IMG/VR virus record: IMGVR_UViG_3300025070_000022 | Coordinates: 1 to 64,000 of that record | DNA from: a virus | DNA length: 64,000 bases | Direction: 5' to 3' (one strand) | Shown: one piece after another, positions 8,555-16,743 of the stretch | How the letters are laid out: each line of letters opens with the position of its first letter | Position numbering within the stretch: the first letter of the stretch is position 1 | Position numbers and translations under genes: made by a program | The notes under the pieces: generated by a model | What the model saw: only the letters and a program-made list of their open reading frames with translations | The model's database searches: none | Told to the model about the DNA's origin: nothing

Positions 8555-9067
8555 TCAAGATTCTTGAGGGGCCTCCTCGGTGTCGGCTACGGTTGGGCTG
8601 TAGTCGGTGTTCTTGTTGTATTCGGCAATGTACTTACCGGCGACAAAGGCAACAAGGGCGGGCATGTTAAGGGTGGTAGGACCGCCCTCTGTTTTTCGGA
8701 CTGGGTTGAACAATTCTCCACCTTCGCCCGTAGCAATGAAATGCATGGCGGCGGCTTGAACTGCGTTTTCGTAGTGGATGCGGTTGGGGTCGTTTGAGCG
8801 CATGCGTTGAACCATCAATTGCTCTGCTTTGTAACGCTTGAGCAATGACTTCAAGTGGGAAGCGTCAGCCTTTCGGTAGGCGTCTTCCTGTGATTCGTCT
8901 TTGAGTCCTTCAAGGGCATCTATGATTTGACCTTGCGCTCGCTCGGATAGGGTTGTCCAGTCGTTTGACTGGGCCTCAATTGCTTCTTCAAGTGGAGCGA
9001 ATCGGGCTAGTTCAGCCGATGCGTCCCACGCTTTCTTGGTTTCTGTTTTTGTTTCTGTTTTTGGCAT
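8555..9067 (-). CDS. Hypothetical protein (170 aa) in inverted-repeat-bounded cassette 2; visibly higher GC
   Basis: MPKTETKTETKK start after GGAAGTGA SD-like site. Confidence 0.8.
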   Translation of the reverse strand: MPKTETKTETKKAWDASAELARFAPLEEAIEAQSNDWTTLSERAQGQIIDALEGLKDESQEDAYRKADASHLKSLLKRYKAEQLMVQRMRSNDPNRIHYENAVQAAAMHFIATGEGGELFNPVRKTEGGPTTLNMPALVAFVAGKYIAEYNKNTDYSPTVADTEEAPQES

Positions 9068-9103
9068 GTTATTCACTTCCTTTGGTCGGTGTTCTACTCC
9101 TCG

Positions 9104-9146
9104 ACACCATAACAGCCACATTTCGGCTATAGGGCCTCTAACAAAG
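9104..9146 (-). promoter_or_regulatory. Viral promoter element, copy D (half-site, no CCATATGG)
   Basis: Minus strand CTTTG-N6-GCCCTATAG...GGTGTCG with same spacing as copies A-C. Confidence 0.55.
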
Positions 9147-9299
9147 CACACGACCTAATCAAAACACCCCTCAACCCTATTTTTTAGGTAGTGATAATAC
9201 TATCCAAGTAATTATTAATTTGATACTAGAGTAGTTCAATTGGCCTTATATTACATATACTATAGATGATAAGTTTGAACTTTCCAGCGTGATTCCAAC

Positions 9300-9517
9300 T
9301 AGAATTAGAATCGAAAAGTGGCCTGAAAGGGTTAAAAACCCTGTTTTTATACATTATTCTAATATTCTAATTATTCTAATATCTATTCTATCTATGAGAG
9401 TGTGAATCTACCTATCACACACTCTATGAATATCTAAGGGCTAGAAAGTTAGAAAGTTAGAAACTTGGGAGCAGTACAGCGATGACGATTTGGAAACGAA
9501 AATTAGAATTAGAATAA
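9300..9517. repeat. TTAGAA/TTCTAA short tandem repeat clusters; candidate replication origin
   Basis: tagaattagaat (9300), tattctaatattctaattattctaat (9355), tagaaagttagaaagttagaaac (9442), attagaattagaataat (9502); lies at divergent strand switch. Confidence 0.55.
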
Positions 9518-9654
9518 TGGGATTTCGAGAGGGTCCAATGCTGTTGGTGATTTTGAGGGGGTCGAATGCTATGTGTGAAATGCTATCTTCAAAACACTAC
9601 TTTCATTTTACTATTTTCAAAAATAAACAAGGTCACATAGGACTAAGTGGCGCA

Positions 9655-9690
9655 CCCCTTTAAATGAATCACAGGTGTAAGGGTGTCTCG
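9655..9690 (+). promoter_or_regulatory. Plus-strand promoter of the early block
   Basis: ACCCCTTTAAAT...GGGTGTC with same CCCT-to-GTC spacing as minus-strand copies. Confidence 0.6.
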
Positions 9691-9780
9691 ATGAGATAAC
9701 CGGCGGGGCCTTCTGCTTGAGTAGGGGGCCTAACGACAACGATTGATTCTTCAATCATTACTCGCAAGGGCCTCGCCACA
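9685..9780 (+). ncRNA. Candidate structured RNA or structured 5' leader
   Basis: GGCGGGGCCTT(9702-12)/AGGGCCTCGCC(9767-77), GAGTA/TACTC, GATTGA/TCAATC nested helices. Confidence 0.45.
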
Positions 9781-9803
9781 CACAATATAAATGAGGAATA
9801 CAA

Positions 9804-9971
9804 ATGAAAATAATTGAATTTATGAGAAAGCACTACAAAGGATATAACGGAATGAGTAAAGACATTGGTTGGTACATGTGTGTACCAATGAAGGTCATTG
9901 CCGAGCAATTGGGAATGACAGTCGATGAACTTGGAGAACAGACTTGGTACTGGAAAGGTGAAGAAGAATGA
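9804..9971 (+). CDS. Micro-ORF (55 aa)
   Basis: MKIIEFMRKHYKGYNGMSKDIGWYMCVP...GEEE; GAGG SD. Confidence 0.6.
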   Translation: MKIIEFMRKHYKGYNGMSKDIGWYMCVPMKVIAEQLGMTVDELGEQTWYWKGEEE

Positions 9972-10129
9972 ATATAATGTGCAAAGTATGTTTGAATAAT
10001 AGTTTCAATTGCCGTTGTACGGAGTTCGGTATGACTAGAGAAGTTTTTCTCGAAAAGCAAAGGAATCAAGAAATTAATAAATTTAATTCTATTGTATTGA
10101 CAATGATTGGAAAGGGTGAGGAAGAATGA
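9968..10129 (+). CDS. Micro-ORF (53 aa), Cys-rich N-terminus
   Basis: MNIMCKVCLNNSFNCRC...GEEE; ATGA coupling. Confidence 0.55.
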   Translation: MNIMCKVCLNNSFNCRCTEFGMTREVFLEKQRNQEINKFNSIVLTMIGKGEEE

Positions 10130-10317
10130 AGCGAGTCACCAATCATATCAAAACTCTAGCAAGCCTAATCATTGACGAAGGAATGAACCGTGAAACTGAT
10201 TCCCTTCTAACCATAGTCAACTTTGAATGGGAGATTTACTCAAACCGACCTTTTACTAGCGAAGACATTTATTTGGCTAGAGCATGGGTCTACAAGAAAT
10301 TGGGGTTGGTTTCTTGA
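10126..10317 (+). CDS. Hypothetical protein
   Basis: ATGA-coupled ORF. Confidence 0.6.
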   Translation: MKRVTNHIKTLASLIIDEGMNRETDSLLTIVNFEWEIYSNRPFTSEDIYLARAWVYKKLGLVS

Positions 10318-11765
10318 TTCAAGGAACTGCTCAACAAGAAGCAATTTGGGATGAAATGCAAAACGGTAATGGCGACATTATGGTTGGAGCCGGTGCTGGC
10401 ACTGGTAAGACTTTCACAATTGTAGAAGGTGCAAATCGAATGTCCGGTAACATGGCGTTCTTCGCATTCAACAGTTCAATCGCTAAGGAACTTGGTAAGA
10501 GATTGCCCGATACAGTTTATGCCGCTACCTTTCACTCAATGGGACTAAAGGTAATCAAGGAAAACATCGGCTTTCGTAAGTTAGACAAGTGGAAGAGTTC
10601 AAACATCATCCGAGAAGTCATTGGTGAGAACTACTACGCACAGCCATTGGTCAAACTAATCAGTTTGATGAAGGGTGGTCTTATAGAAGCAACAGATAGG
10701 AAATCAATCAAGGGATTGATAGACCTATACCACATCCAATTCAAAACAGACAGTGACGAAGTTATGGCTTTGAAGAATCTTCCCGTAATTATGCAGAAGA
10801 TTAAATCATACCATACTATTGATTTCGATGATATGATTTGGCTTCCTATTGCGCTAAATATGCCAATGAAGAAATACGATGTTGTCTTTGTCGATGAGGC
10901 ACAAGACTTCAATCAAGCACAACGAATGCTCATACTAAAGTGTCTAGATGAAAACTCTCGATGCGTTATTGTTGGCGACCCAAATCAAGCAATCTATGGA
11001 TTTCGAGGAGCAGACTCTTCTTCTATGTCTTTGTTTGAAAAGAGCCTACTTCAACTGGGACGCACAGTAAGTAAGTATCCACTTTCTTTAACATGGCGTT
11101 GTCCAACTAGTGTGGTAGAAGAAGCCAATCGCTTCGTCAAGGATTTCCATGCTATTGAAGATGCCAAGGAAGGCAAAGTAGTGACCCATGCGGCCTTTGA
11201 GCCGGTCAAGGGTGACATGGTACTGTGTCGCTACAATGCTCCCCTCGCTAGTGCGTTCTACCGCTTGATTTCTAAGGGTAAATCTGCCTACATTCTAGGT
11301 AGTGACTTAGGGAAAGGGCTTGTCCAAAGTGTGAAGAAAATCACAAAGGACATGAACATGACTACCGATATGTTTGCTGAAAAATTAGACGATGAATATG
11401 TCCGTCAGCGAACTAAACTACAGGAGCAAAAGAAGTTGGCACAACTTAATACTCTTGAAGACCGACACGAATGTATTTGTCTTTTCGTTTATAGAACAAA
11501 AACTGTGAGAGAACTAATTGCTGAAATCGAAAGAGTCTTCCCTTACAAAGATGGCAAGGGAGATATTATGCTCTCTACTGTTCACAAAGCAAAGGGACTA
11601 GAAGCAGACAATGTGTATATTCTTGCTACTGAAAGAATGCCGCATCCAAGGGCAATAAACATGCGTGAAGAGATGAACATTTGCTATGTTGCTATTACAA
11701 GGGCCAAGAATAATCTTTACTATGTTGGACCTAAACCCGCAGAAGGAGTTGTACGAAATGGCTAG
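10314..11765 (+). CDS. Superfamily 1 (UvrD/Rep-like) helicase
   Basis: AGAGTGKT Walker A, VDEAQD, VGDPNQAIYGFRGA, STVHKAKGLE, YVAITRAK. Confidence 0.92.
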   Translation: MIQGTAQQEAIWDEMQNGNGDIMVGAGAGTGKTFTIVEGANRMSGNMAFFAFNSSIAKELGKRLPDTVYAATFHSMGLKVIKENIGFRKLDKWKSSNIIREVIGENYYAQPLVKLISLMKGGLIEATDRKSIKGLIDLYHIQFKTDSDEVMALKNLPVIMQKIKSYHTIDFDDMIWLPIALNMPMKKYDVVFVDEAQDFNQAQRMLILKCLDENSRCVIVGDPNQAIYGFRGADSSSMSLFEKSLLQLGRTVSKYPLSLTWRCPTSVVEEANRFVKDFHAIEDAKEGKVVTHAAFEPVKGDMVLCRYNAPLASAFYRLISKGKSAYILGSDLGKGLVQSVKKITKDMNMTTDMFAEKLDDEYVRQRTKLQEQKKLAQLNTLEDRHECICLFVYRTKTVRELIAEIERVFPYKDGKGDIMLSTVHKAKGLEADNVYILATERMPHPRAINMREEMNICYVAITRAKNNLYYVGPKPAEGVVRNG

Positions 11766-12051
11766 ACACACTTCAGTTACACACCGAAGAAATAGAAAGA
11801 AGTTCAAAGGAAAGAATTCTTACGCTCTTTCTGCTATGGATGAATGTTTCGATAAAAAGAGCGAGTGGTATTCTAAGGACTTATTCGTAGAAGTAAAGGG
11901 TATGATTCACCCTAACCACATGCCTAGGAATGTTCATGCTATGAGTTCGCTATTGCGTAGATACTATGCCAAGGCTAACGAACAAGACGGTACTTTAGGA
12001 CATAGAGAATCTGCCAACTATGTTGCATTGTGGAAGAGGCGAGAAGTATGA
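11758..12051 (+). CDS. Hypothetical, possibly winged-helix protein
   Basis: ORF track; basic N-terminus. Confidence 0.65.
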   Translation: MARHTSVTHRRNRKKFKGKNSYALSAMDECFDKKSEWYSKDLFVEVKGMIHPNHMPRNVHAMSSLLRRYYAKANEQDGTLGHRESANYVALWKRREV

Positions 12052-12221
12052 AGGATAGATGGAACGACGACCCCGAATATTTGATTAAATTAATCAATGA
12101 ATTCCATCAGTGGATGGTTTATGCTTCTACGCACAACTACAACAATACGAAAGTATTAGTTGATGCCTACAAAACTTTCTTTGCTGGACAATTGAGTGAT
12201 TCCGATGATAAATTGGATTAA
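12048..12221 (+). CDS. Hypothetical protein
   Basis: ATGA-coupled ORF. Confidence 0.55.
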   Translation: MKDRWNDDPEYLIKLINEFHQWMVYASTHNYNNTKVLVDAYKTFFAGQLSDSDDKLD

Positions 12222-12444
12222 GACATTCTTTGTCAGTGAAGAAAGAGTTGAAAGAAAACCAAAGTGCGGCAAATGCGGCCTTGGTGCTTCTGTCAATATG
12301 CTAATTGAATTCCAAACTCTAGATATGGAGGAGATGGAAGAAAAGATACTAACTCGACTATGCTACGGGTGCATGGAAGATATTCATATAAGATACAATC
12401 CTAAATGGATACCCGAACCAATAATGAGGAATAAAAATGAATGA
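12205..12444 (+). CDS. Small Zn-finger protein
   Basis: CGKC...CYGC. Confidence 0.6.
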   Translation: MINWIKTFFVSEERVERKPKCGKCGLGASVNMLIEFQTLDMEEMEEKILTRLCYGCMEDIHIRYNPKWIPEPIMRNKNE

Positions 12445-12655
12445 AAAAAATATGAAAGAATACTACGATGATATGCTAAACGAAGTGTTTCCTAAGACAA
12501 ATATATCCGGAATAGATTACCCCTACTCCTATTTATTGAAGGAAATTGACCCGATTGCATACGAAGTTGGAATGAGCGACTATGAAAGCGTACTCCGTGA
12601 AGCACACGAAGAAGACGGTTCCTATGCCGACCTATTTGGAGATGAAGAAGAATGA
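12437..12655 (+). CDS. Conserved-type small phage protein
   Basis: YDDMLNE...S.LLKEIDPIAYEVGMSDY pattern common in phage small proteins. Confidence 0.7.
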   Translation: MNEKNMKEYYDDMLNEVFPKTNISGIDYPYSYLLKEIDPIAYEVGMSDYESVLREAHEEDGSYADLFGDEEE

Positions 12656-12945
12656 GTGACGCAAACAAATGGATAACATCAACGAGAGTATCGTTGGATG
12701 AATTGGATAAGGAAGTCAAGCGACTACAATACTTAGAGAAGTATGCACCCACCTTCCAAGTATTCGCACAAAATGAAGAAGAGATGGATGAGGAATACAC
12801 ACAGCATGGTTCTTTGAAAGAGTGTGAGGAATACATAGCCGCACTTGAAGATGGATGGATAGGTAGAATTGAAGTCATCGAATACTATGTACCTACTAAC
12901 AATCCGCAAGTAAAGACATTAGAAGAATGGAGGAAAGAAGAATGA
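12652..12945 (+). CDS. Hypothetical protein, shares N-terminal module with next gene
   Basis: KWITSTRVSLDELDKEVKRL. Confidence 0.7.
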   Translation: MSDANKWITSTRVSLDELDKEVKRLQYLEKYAPTFQVFAQNEEEMDEEYTQHGSLKECEEYIAALEDGWIGRIEVIEYYVPTNNPQVKTLEEWRKEE

Positions 12946-13145
12946 CTGACACAGAAAAATGGATGGCATCTTGGAGAGTATCGCTAGTCGAATTAGAGAA
13001 AGAAATCAAGCGGTTGCGAAGAGCATGGCAAATACTACGCTCAAGAACAGAAATGAGTTGCGTATGCTTTACTGAATATCCCGATAGCCAAGACATAAAC
13101 ACACACGAATTGATGGACTTGGCTATGAAGGAGGCGAGCGAATGA
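12942..13145 (+). CDS. Hypothetical protein, shares N-terminal module with previous gene
   Basis: KWMASWRVSLVELEKEIKRL. Confidence 0.65.
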   Translation: MTDTEKWMASWRVSLVELEKEIKRLRRAWQILRSRTEMSCVCFTEYPDSQDINTHELMDLAMKEASE

Positions 13146-13438
13146 GTGAATGTACTGAATGTAATGGAACTAGAGAGAGAATTGTAGAATGTCATACCCA
13201 TGATGTTCTTTACAAGGAACCTTGTTACTGCTTGTTGTGGGAAGAAAGACTCAAGGAAGAACTAGCAATTAAAATGGCTAATGTGATTTCGGAAAAGACT
13301 TCCAAGGAAAGACTTGCACTGATAGTCGCTTCTCTAATTGCAGAAAAACACGGTTCCGAAGAAGAATCAGTTAGAGCGTTAGAGTATAGCGTACAACATG
13401 GTAACGCCGAATACCTTTTGAACTGGCCTCTCATGTGA
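13142..13438 (+). CDS. Zn-finger protein
   Basis: CTECNG...CYC. Confidence 0.65.
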   Translation: MSECTECNGTRERIVECHTHDVLYKEPCYCLLWEERLKEELAIKMANVISEKTSKERLALIVASLIAEKHGSEEESVRALEYSVQHGNAEYLLNWPLM

Positions 13439-13701
13439 GGGTTGGTGACAAAGTGGCTAACATTAGAACTATCCAAAGATTAGAAAAAATACTAAAGAAT
13501 GGTAGTAAAAACACAGCAGAAATACTAGATGAGTATAAAAATCGCTGGCCGAAGGAGTCTTCGGGGGGTAGTAAGATTGGTAATCTTCTATCTCGACACA
13601 AACAATTTAAAAAAATTGGAACCGAAACTGTAACGGCTGAATTCAGTCAATACAGTTACCCCGTCAATGTATGGATATTGACAAAAGAGCATATGGTGTA
13701 A
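13435..13701 (+). CDS. Winged-helix-like DNA-binding protein (paralog family)
   Basis: L.NGSKNT.EI ... IGNLLSRHKQF.KIG ... VWIL pattern shared with 27328-28045 genes. Confidence 0.65.
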   Translation: MRVGDKVANIRTIQRLEKILKNGSKNTAEILDEYKNRWPKESSGGSKIGNLLSRHKQFKKIGTETVTAEFSQYSYPVNVWILTKEHMV

Positions 13702-13761
13702 TGGATAGCATACTGGCCTTCTAAGCCGGTGATACGGGTTCGACTCCTGTTATGCTCGCCA
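13687..13761 (+). tRNA. tRNA-Arg(UCU), CCA encoded
   Basis: GAGCATA/TATGCTC acceptor, CTGGC-CTTCTAA-GCCGG anticodon arm, TTCGACT T-loop. Confidence 0.92.
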
Positions 13762-13763
13762 AT

Positions 13764-13846
13764 GTCGGAGTGGTGGAGTAGGTCAAACACGCAGGGCTTA
13801 AACTCCTGTCCTAAATGGTTCGCAGGTTCAAATCCTGCCTCCGACA
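13764..13846 (+). tRNA. tRNA-Leu(UAA)
   Basis: GTCGGAG/CTCCGAC acceptor, CAGGG-CTTAAAC-TCCTG, long variable arm, TTCAAAT T-loop. Confidence 0.9.
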
Positions 13847-13851
13847 CCTAC

Positions 13852-13926
13852 GGAACAATAGCATAGTTTGGTTAATGCTCTCGGCTCATAACCGAGTGAC
13901 CACAGGTTCAAATCCTGTTTGTTCCA
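13852..13926 (+). tRNA. tRNA with CAU anticodon, probably Ile2 (or elongator Met)
   Basis: GGAACAA/TTGTTCC acceptor, CTCGG-CTCATAA-CCGAG arm resembling archaeal tRNA-Ile2; lacks initiator features. Confidence 0.88.
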
Positions 13927-13998
13927 CTAATTCAAATAGTGTAGTAGTGCTATCAATGACTACCGAGAGGGTGCGATGCCCAATAATGAGGAATAAAA

Positions 13999-14352
13999 AT
14001 GAATATACATAAATTAGAACAACGAATATTGCTAAACGAACTAATGAACAGCCAATCTGTAAGTAGACAAATGCTAGTAGATGCTTTGATTGCTAACGGA
14101 CATTGTGGGTTAGACCCACTACCTGTGAAGAATTCAGTTAGGGCTGGAATGCTTAATCTTAGGATTAAATGTAGGGCTTTGGGCTTTGAACTCTTTACAT
14201 TTAACATTGGTGGACCTGCTGGTATTGACTACGGAATTACAGAAGAGGCTATCGAATACATGGAAGAAAACTTTGGAGTACCGGATTATGATGAAATGGG
14301 AGAGATAGTTGGGACTAAGTACCTATTCCCTCGATTAGAGGGAGAGGAATGA
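13999..14352 (+). CDS. Hypothetical, possibly winged-helix protein
   Basis: ORF track; GAGG SD. Confidence 0.7.
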   Translation: MNIHKLEQRILLNELMNSQSVSRQMLVDALIANGHCGLDPLPVKNSVRAGMLNLRIKCRALGFELFTFNIGGPAGIDYGITEEAIEYMEENFGVPDYDEMGEIVGTKYLFPRLEGEE

Positions 14353-14353
14353 T

Positions 14354-14704
14354 TTGGGTAGAGGAGCAATACGAAGAATAGATTGGCCTTTGATGAAGGA
14401 AAGTGTTGAATTGGCTTTCGATTCCCTAGAAGATAGGGAATATGACAAGACTGAATTATATGACATTATCATACTCAACTACCGAACTTTAGGTAGAGAA
14501 AGATACGGACATAGAGGTACAGTACGCCAATTCGCTAGAAAGGGCGGAAGCGACTCTTACCGAAGAGTAGCGCAATGCGTCAAAGAAAGTGTGATTAATG
14601 GATATGGATGGGAAACCTACTACAAAAAAACTTACTTTTTCGAGGCTGACGGCACTAGACACATGAAAGAAAAAGCAAAAATAAGGAGGAATAAAAATGA
14701 GTAA
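14354..14704 (+). CDS. Hypothetical protein
   Basis: ORF track. Confidence 0.65.
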   Translation: MGRGAIRRIDWPLMKESVELAFDSLEDREYDKTELYDIIILNYRTLGRERYGHRGTVRQFARKGGSDSYRRVAQCVKESVINGYGWETYYKKTYFFEADGTRHMKEKAKIRRNKNE

Positions 14705-14843
14705 AAAATGTGAACATGAATGGAAATGTACTGGATATTATATTGATTCTTTTATGGATGGATATGGTATTGATGCAGTACTAGTTGAAGAAAGAATAAA
14801 TGAATATATCTGCACAGAATGTGGAGAAAATAAGGAGGAATAA
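14697..14843 (+). CDS. Micro Zn-ribbon protein (48 aa) flanked by 23-bp direct repeats
   Basis: MSKKCEHEWKC...ICTECGENKEE. Confidence 0.6.
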   Translation: MSKKCEHEWKCTGYYIDSFMDGYGIDAVLVEERINEYICTECGENKEE

Positions 14844-14845
14844 AA

Positions 14846-15112
14846 ATGAACACAAGAAATAGAGAAAACAAAACACAAGTAGAATTTAAACTGATTGACG
14901 ATGAAAACATGCCGCCTATGGTGATTAGCATGAATGAGAACGATGAACCGAAGGTAGTGTTGAACACACATCACAGAATTTGGATTAGTCTTAACCGCCG
15001 AATTATTGCAGGTATTATTGATAACCTACAAGAAAAGATGGATGAGATTCTTAGTGGCTTCTTACTAGAACAGCGTCAAAACGAGAGAATGGATACGGAG
15101 GAATGGCTCTGA
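14846..15112 (+). CDS. Hypothetical protein
   Basis: ORF track; GGAGG SD. Confidence 0.7.
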   Translation: MNTRNRENKTQVEFKLIDDENMPPMVISMNENDEPKVVLNTHHRIWISLNRRIIAGIIDNLQEKMDEILSGFLLEQRQNERMDTEEWL

Positions 15113-16188
15113 AGAAGTTCAAGAGAGAACTAGGCAATGGCCGATGGGACCAAGCACTAAAGCGTGAACTTACCTTTCTATCCGAGGCTGATAACTACGA
15201 TGATGCTAAACTAGAATGGGAGGCTACTGGTGAGTGTTGGTGGTGGAATGGTGAAGATAATGCTGAAATACCCGAATGGATTAGAGACTATGGCTACTGT
15301 CTTTGTGGCCACAGCATTGTTTATCACTTCGCTATTCGTAATACTATCACTGGACTTACTATGGCTGTTGGTTCCGACCACATCAACTCCTATCTTATCT
15401 TGAAAGAGATTGAAAAGAATACTGGCATTGATAGGAAACTTATCACAGACGCTATGATTGAAGAATGGATTTCTGTTCGTATTGAAGGAATGAAGAATGA
15501 AGCATGGTGGTCTAAACACGGTGAGGATTTTGTTGAGAAGTTCACAGCAGTACGAGAATTGGACTTACGGTTGAATGTCAAAAGTACTTGGAAAGGTACT
15601 AAATTACGAAAGAGGGCTAACGACGATGGTATTGCTTCTATTGTTTGGAGATGGAACCATCCCGATAATCGTAGGGCGCAGATAAATGGAAGGGGTTATC
15701 CTAACAAGTCATTGTTAGCCGACCTAGACTATTTTTACAGATTTGTCGGAGGAGCGACAATCAATGGTCGCTCTTTTACAGAAGAAGAGTATGCTGACTA
15801 TCGAAAATCACTAGAAGATAAAAGAACCAAGTGGTCTACTAGTGAAATGTTAGAATGGTATGGTTTTTCCGATAAAGGTTATTTACAAAATTGGGAATTC
15901 CTATCTCCTGCTGAAAAGAATTTCATTAGGAAGTTGCACGATAGTTATTTGATGGCACATCGAAACTCGAATTACATGTCATTAAGTGCAGATGACATTC
16001 AAACTATCAAGCGTTTTATTGAATCGCCGGATGATTGGCTAATTGAAAAGGCGCAAGAGTTGAACATGGAGAACAGCGACATAGAAAGATTCTCCAAACT
16101 ACAACTAGGACGGGCTATTGCTCTAGAGCAAGCCCAACAGAAAAGGGAAAGTGACCGCTTAAATAGTGGTAGGACATGGGAGAAATGA
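15103..16188 (+). CDS. Hypothetical protein with CxCGH...GSDH metal-binding domain
   Basis: CLCGHSIVYHFAIRN...VGSDHI. Confidence 0.75.
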   Translation: MALKKFKRELGNGRWDQALKRELTFLSEADNYDDAKLEWEATGECWWWNGEDNAEIPEWIRDYGYCLCGHSIVYHFAIRNTITGLTMAVGSDHINSYLILKEIEKNTGIDRKLITDAMIEEWISVRIEGMKNEAWWSKHGEDFVEKFTAVRELDLRLNVKSTWKGTKLRKRANDDGIASIVWRWNHPDNRRAQINGRGYPNKSLLADLDYFYRFVGGATINGRSFTEEEYADYRKSLEDKRTKWSTSEMLEWYGFSDKGYLQNWEFLSPAEKNFIRKLHDSYLMAHRNSNYMSLSADDIQTIKRFIESPDDWLIEKAQELNMENSDIERFSKLQLGRAIALEQAQQKRESDRLNSGRTWEK

Positions 16189-16201
16189 GAAAGGTGATAT
16201 T

Positions 16202-16408
16202 ATGATTACACTACGAATTTTAAACGAAACAGGACACACACAAGTTGAGATGGCTTCTTCCGAAGTCATTGAACAAATCGACAACCATCCGACACACTGG
16301 ATTTTTGTCGATGGAGAGATGATTAGCCGTCAAGACCTTGCTGGTATCAATTGGGATACCGTCGCATCTATTGACCTAACCCCCGCTATTGTCGGAGGTT
16401 CTCTCTGA
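16202..16408 (+). CDS. Ubiquitin-like (beta-grasp, SAMP/ThiS/MoaD-like) protein with GG-SL C-terminus
   Basis: 68 aa; IFVDGE and IDLTPAIVGG-SL match the ThiS/MoaD C-terminal pattern. Confidence 0.75.
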   Translation: MITLRILNETGHTQVEMASSEVIEQIDNHPTHWIFVDGEMISRQDLAGINWDTVASIDLTPAIVGGSL

Positions 16409-16452
16409 GGTTGTCCTCTCCCCCATAACCAAAACTTTCCCCAAGTGAAACT

Positions 16453-16743
16453 ATGGCTCTCTTCCGAGATTTCGATGAGTGTAAGAAACTCGCTGTTCTT
16501 ATTCTTGACGATTTCTTGGAAGAGAGTCACCCCGATTACCAAAGAGTAGTCGAAAGAATCCGCTACGAAGAAACGAGCGGAAGAACAAGTAAGGCCCAAT
16601 GCTACATGGTCATTACAAAAATAAAACAAGCCCTATGGAATAGCAATATTGCTGTAGAAATAGGGTTTCATGCCTACCTAGAAAGAAAGGTAGTTCAAAA
16701 AAGATTCATTTTAGAATACCAAGAGGCGAATAAAGATGAGTAA
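16453..16743 (+). CDS. Hypothetical protein
   Basis: ORF track. Confidence 0.65.
   Translation: MALFRDFDECKKLAVLILDDFLEESHPDYQRVVERIRYEETSGRTSKAQCYMVITKIKQALWNSNIAVEIGFHAYLERKVVQKRFILEYQEANKDE

Noticed and set aside
7229-9103. IS/MITE elements defined by terminal inverted repeats
   Set aside because: No transposase motifs, no target-site duplications, and the two repeats differ in sequence
9685-9780. Hammerhead ribozyme or tRNA
   Set aside because: Lacks exact CUGANGA/GAAA core and cloverleaf
13656-14012. ORFs 13656-13847(-) and 13815-14012(+)
   Set aside because: Shadows of the tRNA genes
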